NCBI RefSeq assembly: GCF_016433145.1
Contig: NC_058131.1
Span: forward strand, 48,228,258 to 48,292,257
Reading direction: 5' to 3'
DNA from: Gracilinanus agilis
Lineage: Eukaryota
Length of the DNA: 64,000 nucleotides
Positions 63,907 through 64,000 of this stretch are shown here, in pieces. The position numbers and the translations under genes were made by a program. Position 1 is the first letter of the stretch. The number at the start of each line of letters is the position of its first letter. Under the pieces are notes generated by a model. It saw nothing but the letters and a program-made list of their open reading frames with translations. It was not told the origin of the DNA and made no database searches.

Positions 63907-64000
63907 TGTGTGAGGAAAGTTCTCCCATTCTCCCTGCTTCTGGGTAACACAGTCAGCATGAATCTGCATGAGTTTGCATCACCAACACACCAGCTGTGAG
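63907..64000 (+). mobile_element. 5' end of an ERV LTR related to the 15621-16241 LTR (runs off window)
   Basis: TGTGTGAGGAAAGTTCTCCC...TTCTGGGTAACAC...GAGTTTGCATCACC aligns to the start of the intron-3 LTR (TGTTTGAGAGAAGTTCTACCC...TTCTGGATAACGC...GAGTTTGCATCACC). Confidence 0.75.

Overview
Eukaryotic (marsupial) genomic DNA. The SINE complement points to a didelphid opossum, and the gene order matches the human 16q22.1 block. Four intact spliced protein-coding genes were reconstructed by hand from GT-AG boundaries and frame continuity: TERF2 (+, 10 exons, 545 aa), TMED6 (+, 4 exons, 241 aa), NIP7 (-, 5 exons, 180 aa) and COG8 (+, 5 exons, 614 aa). NIP7 and COG8 are head-to-head on a 306-bp CpG-island promoter. 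Introns and intergenic DNA are packed with tRNA-derived marsupial SINEs, L1/L2/CR1 remnants, solo ERV LTRs and several hAT MITEs, including nested insertions with readable target-site duplications. The most unusual items are in TERF2: a repeat-spacer array of about 36-bp hairpin-like units filling intron 1, a 42-residue Ser/Ala/Thr insertion in the hinge, a candidate intronic poly(A) terminal exon, a candidate TRF2-S-like internal donor, and two antisense solo LTRs. Also notable are a CpG-enriched L1 fragment in TMED6 intron 1 and the lack of a PDF gene directly behind COG8. Orthology and repeat-family names rest on recalled sequences, not database searches. No rRNA, tRNA, CRISPR or prokaryotic system is present.
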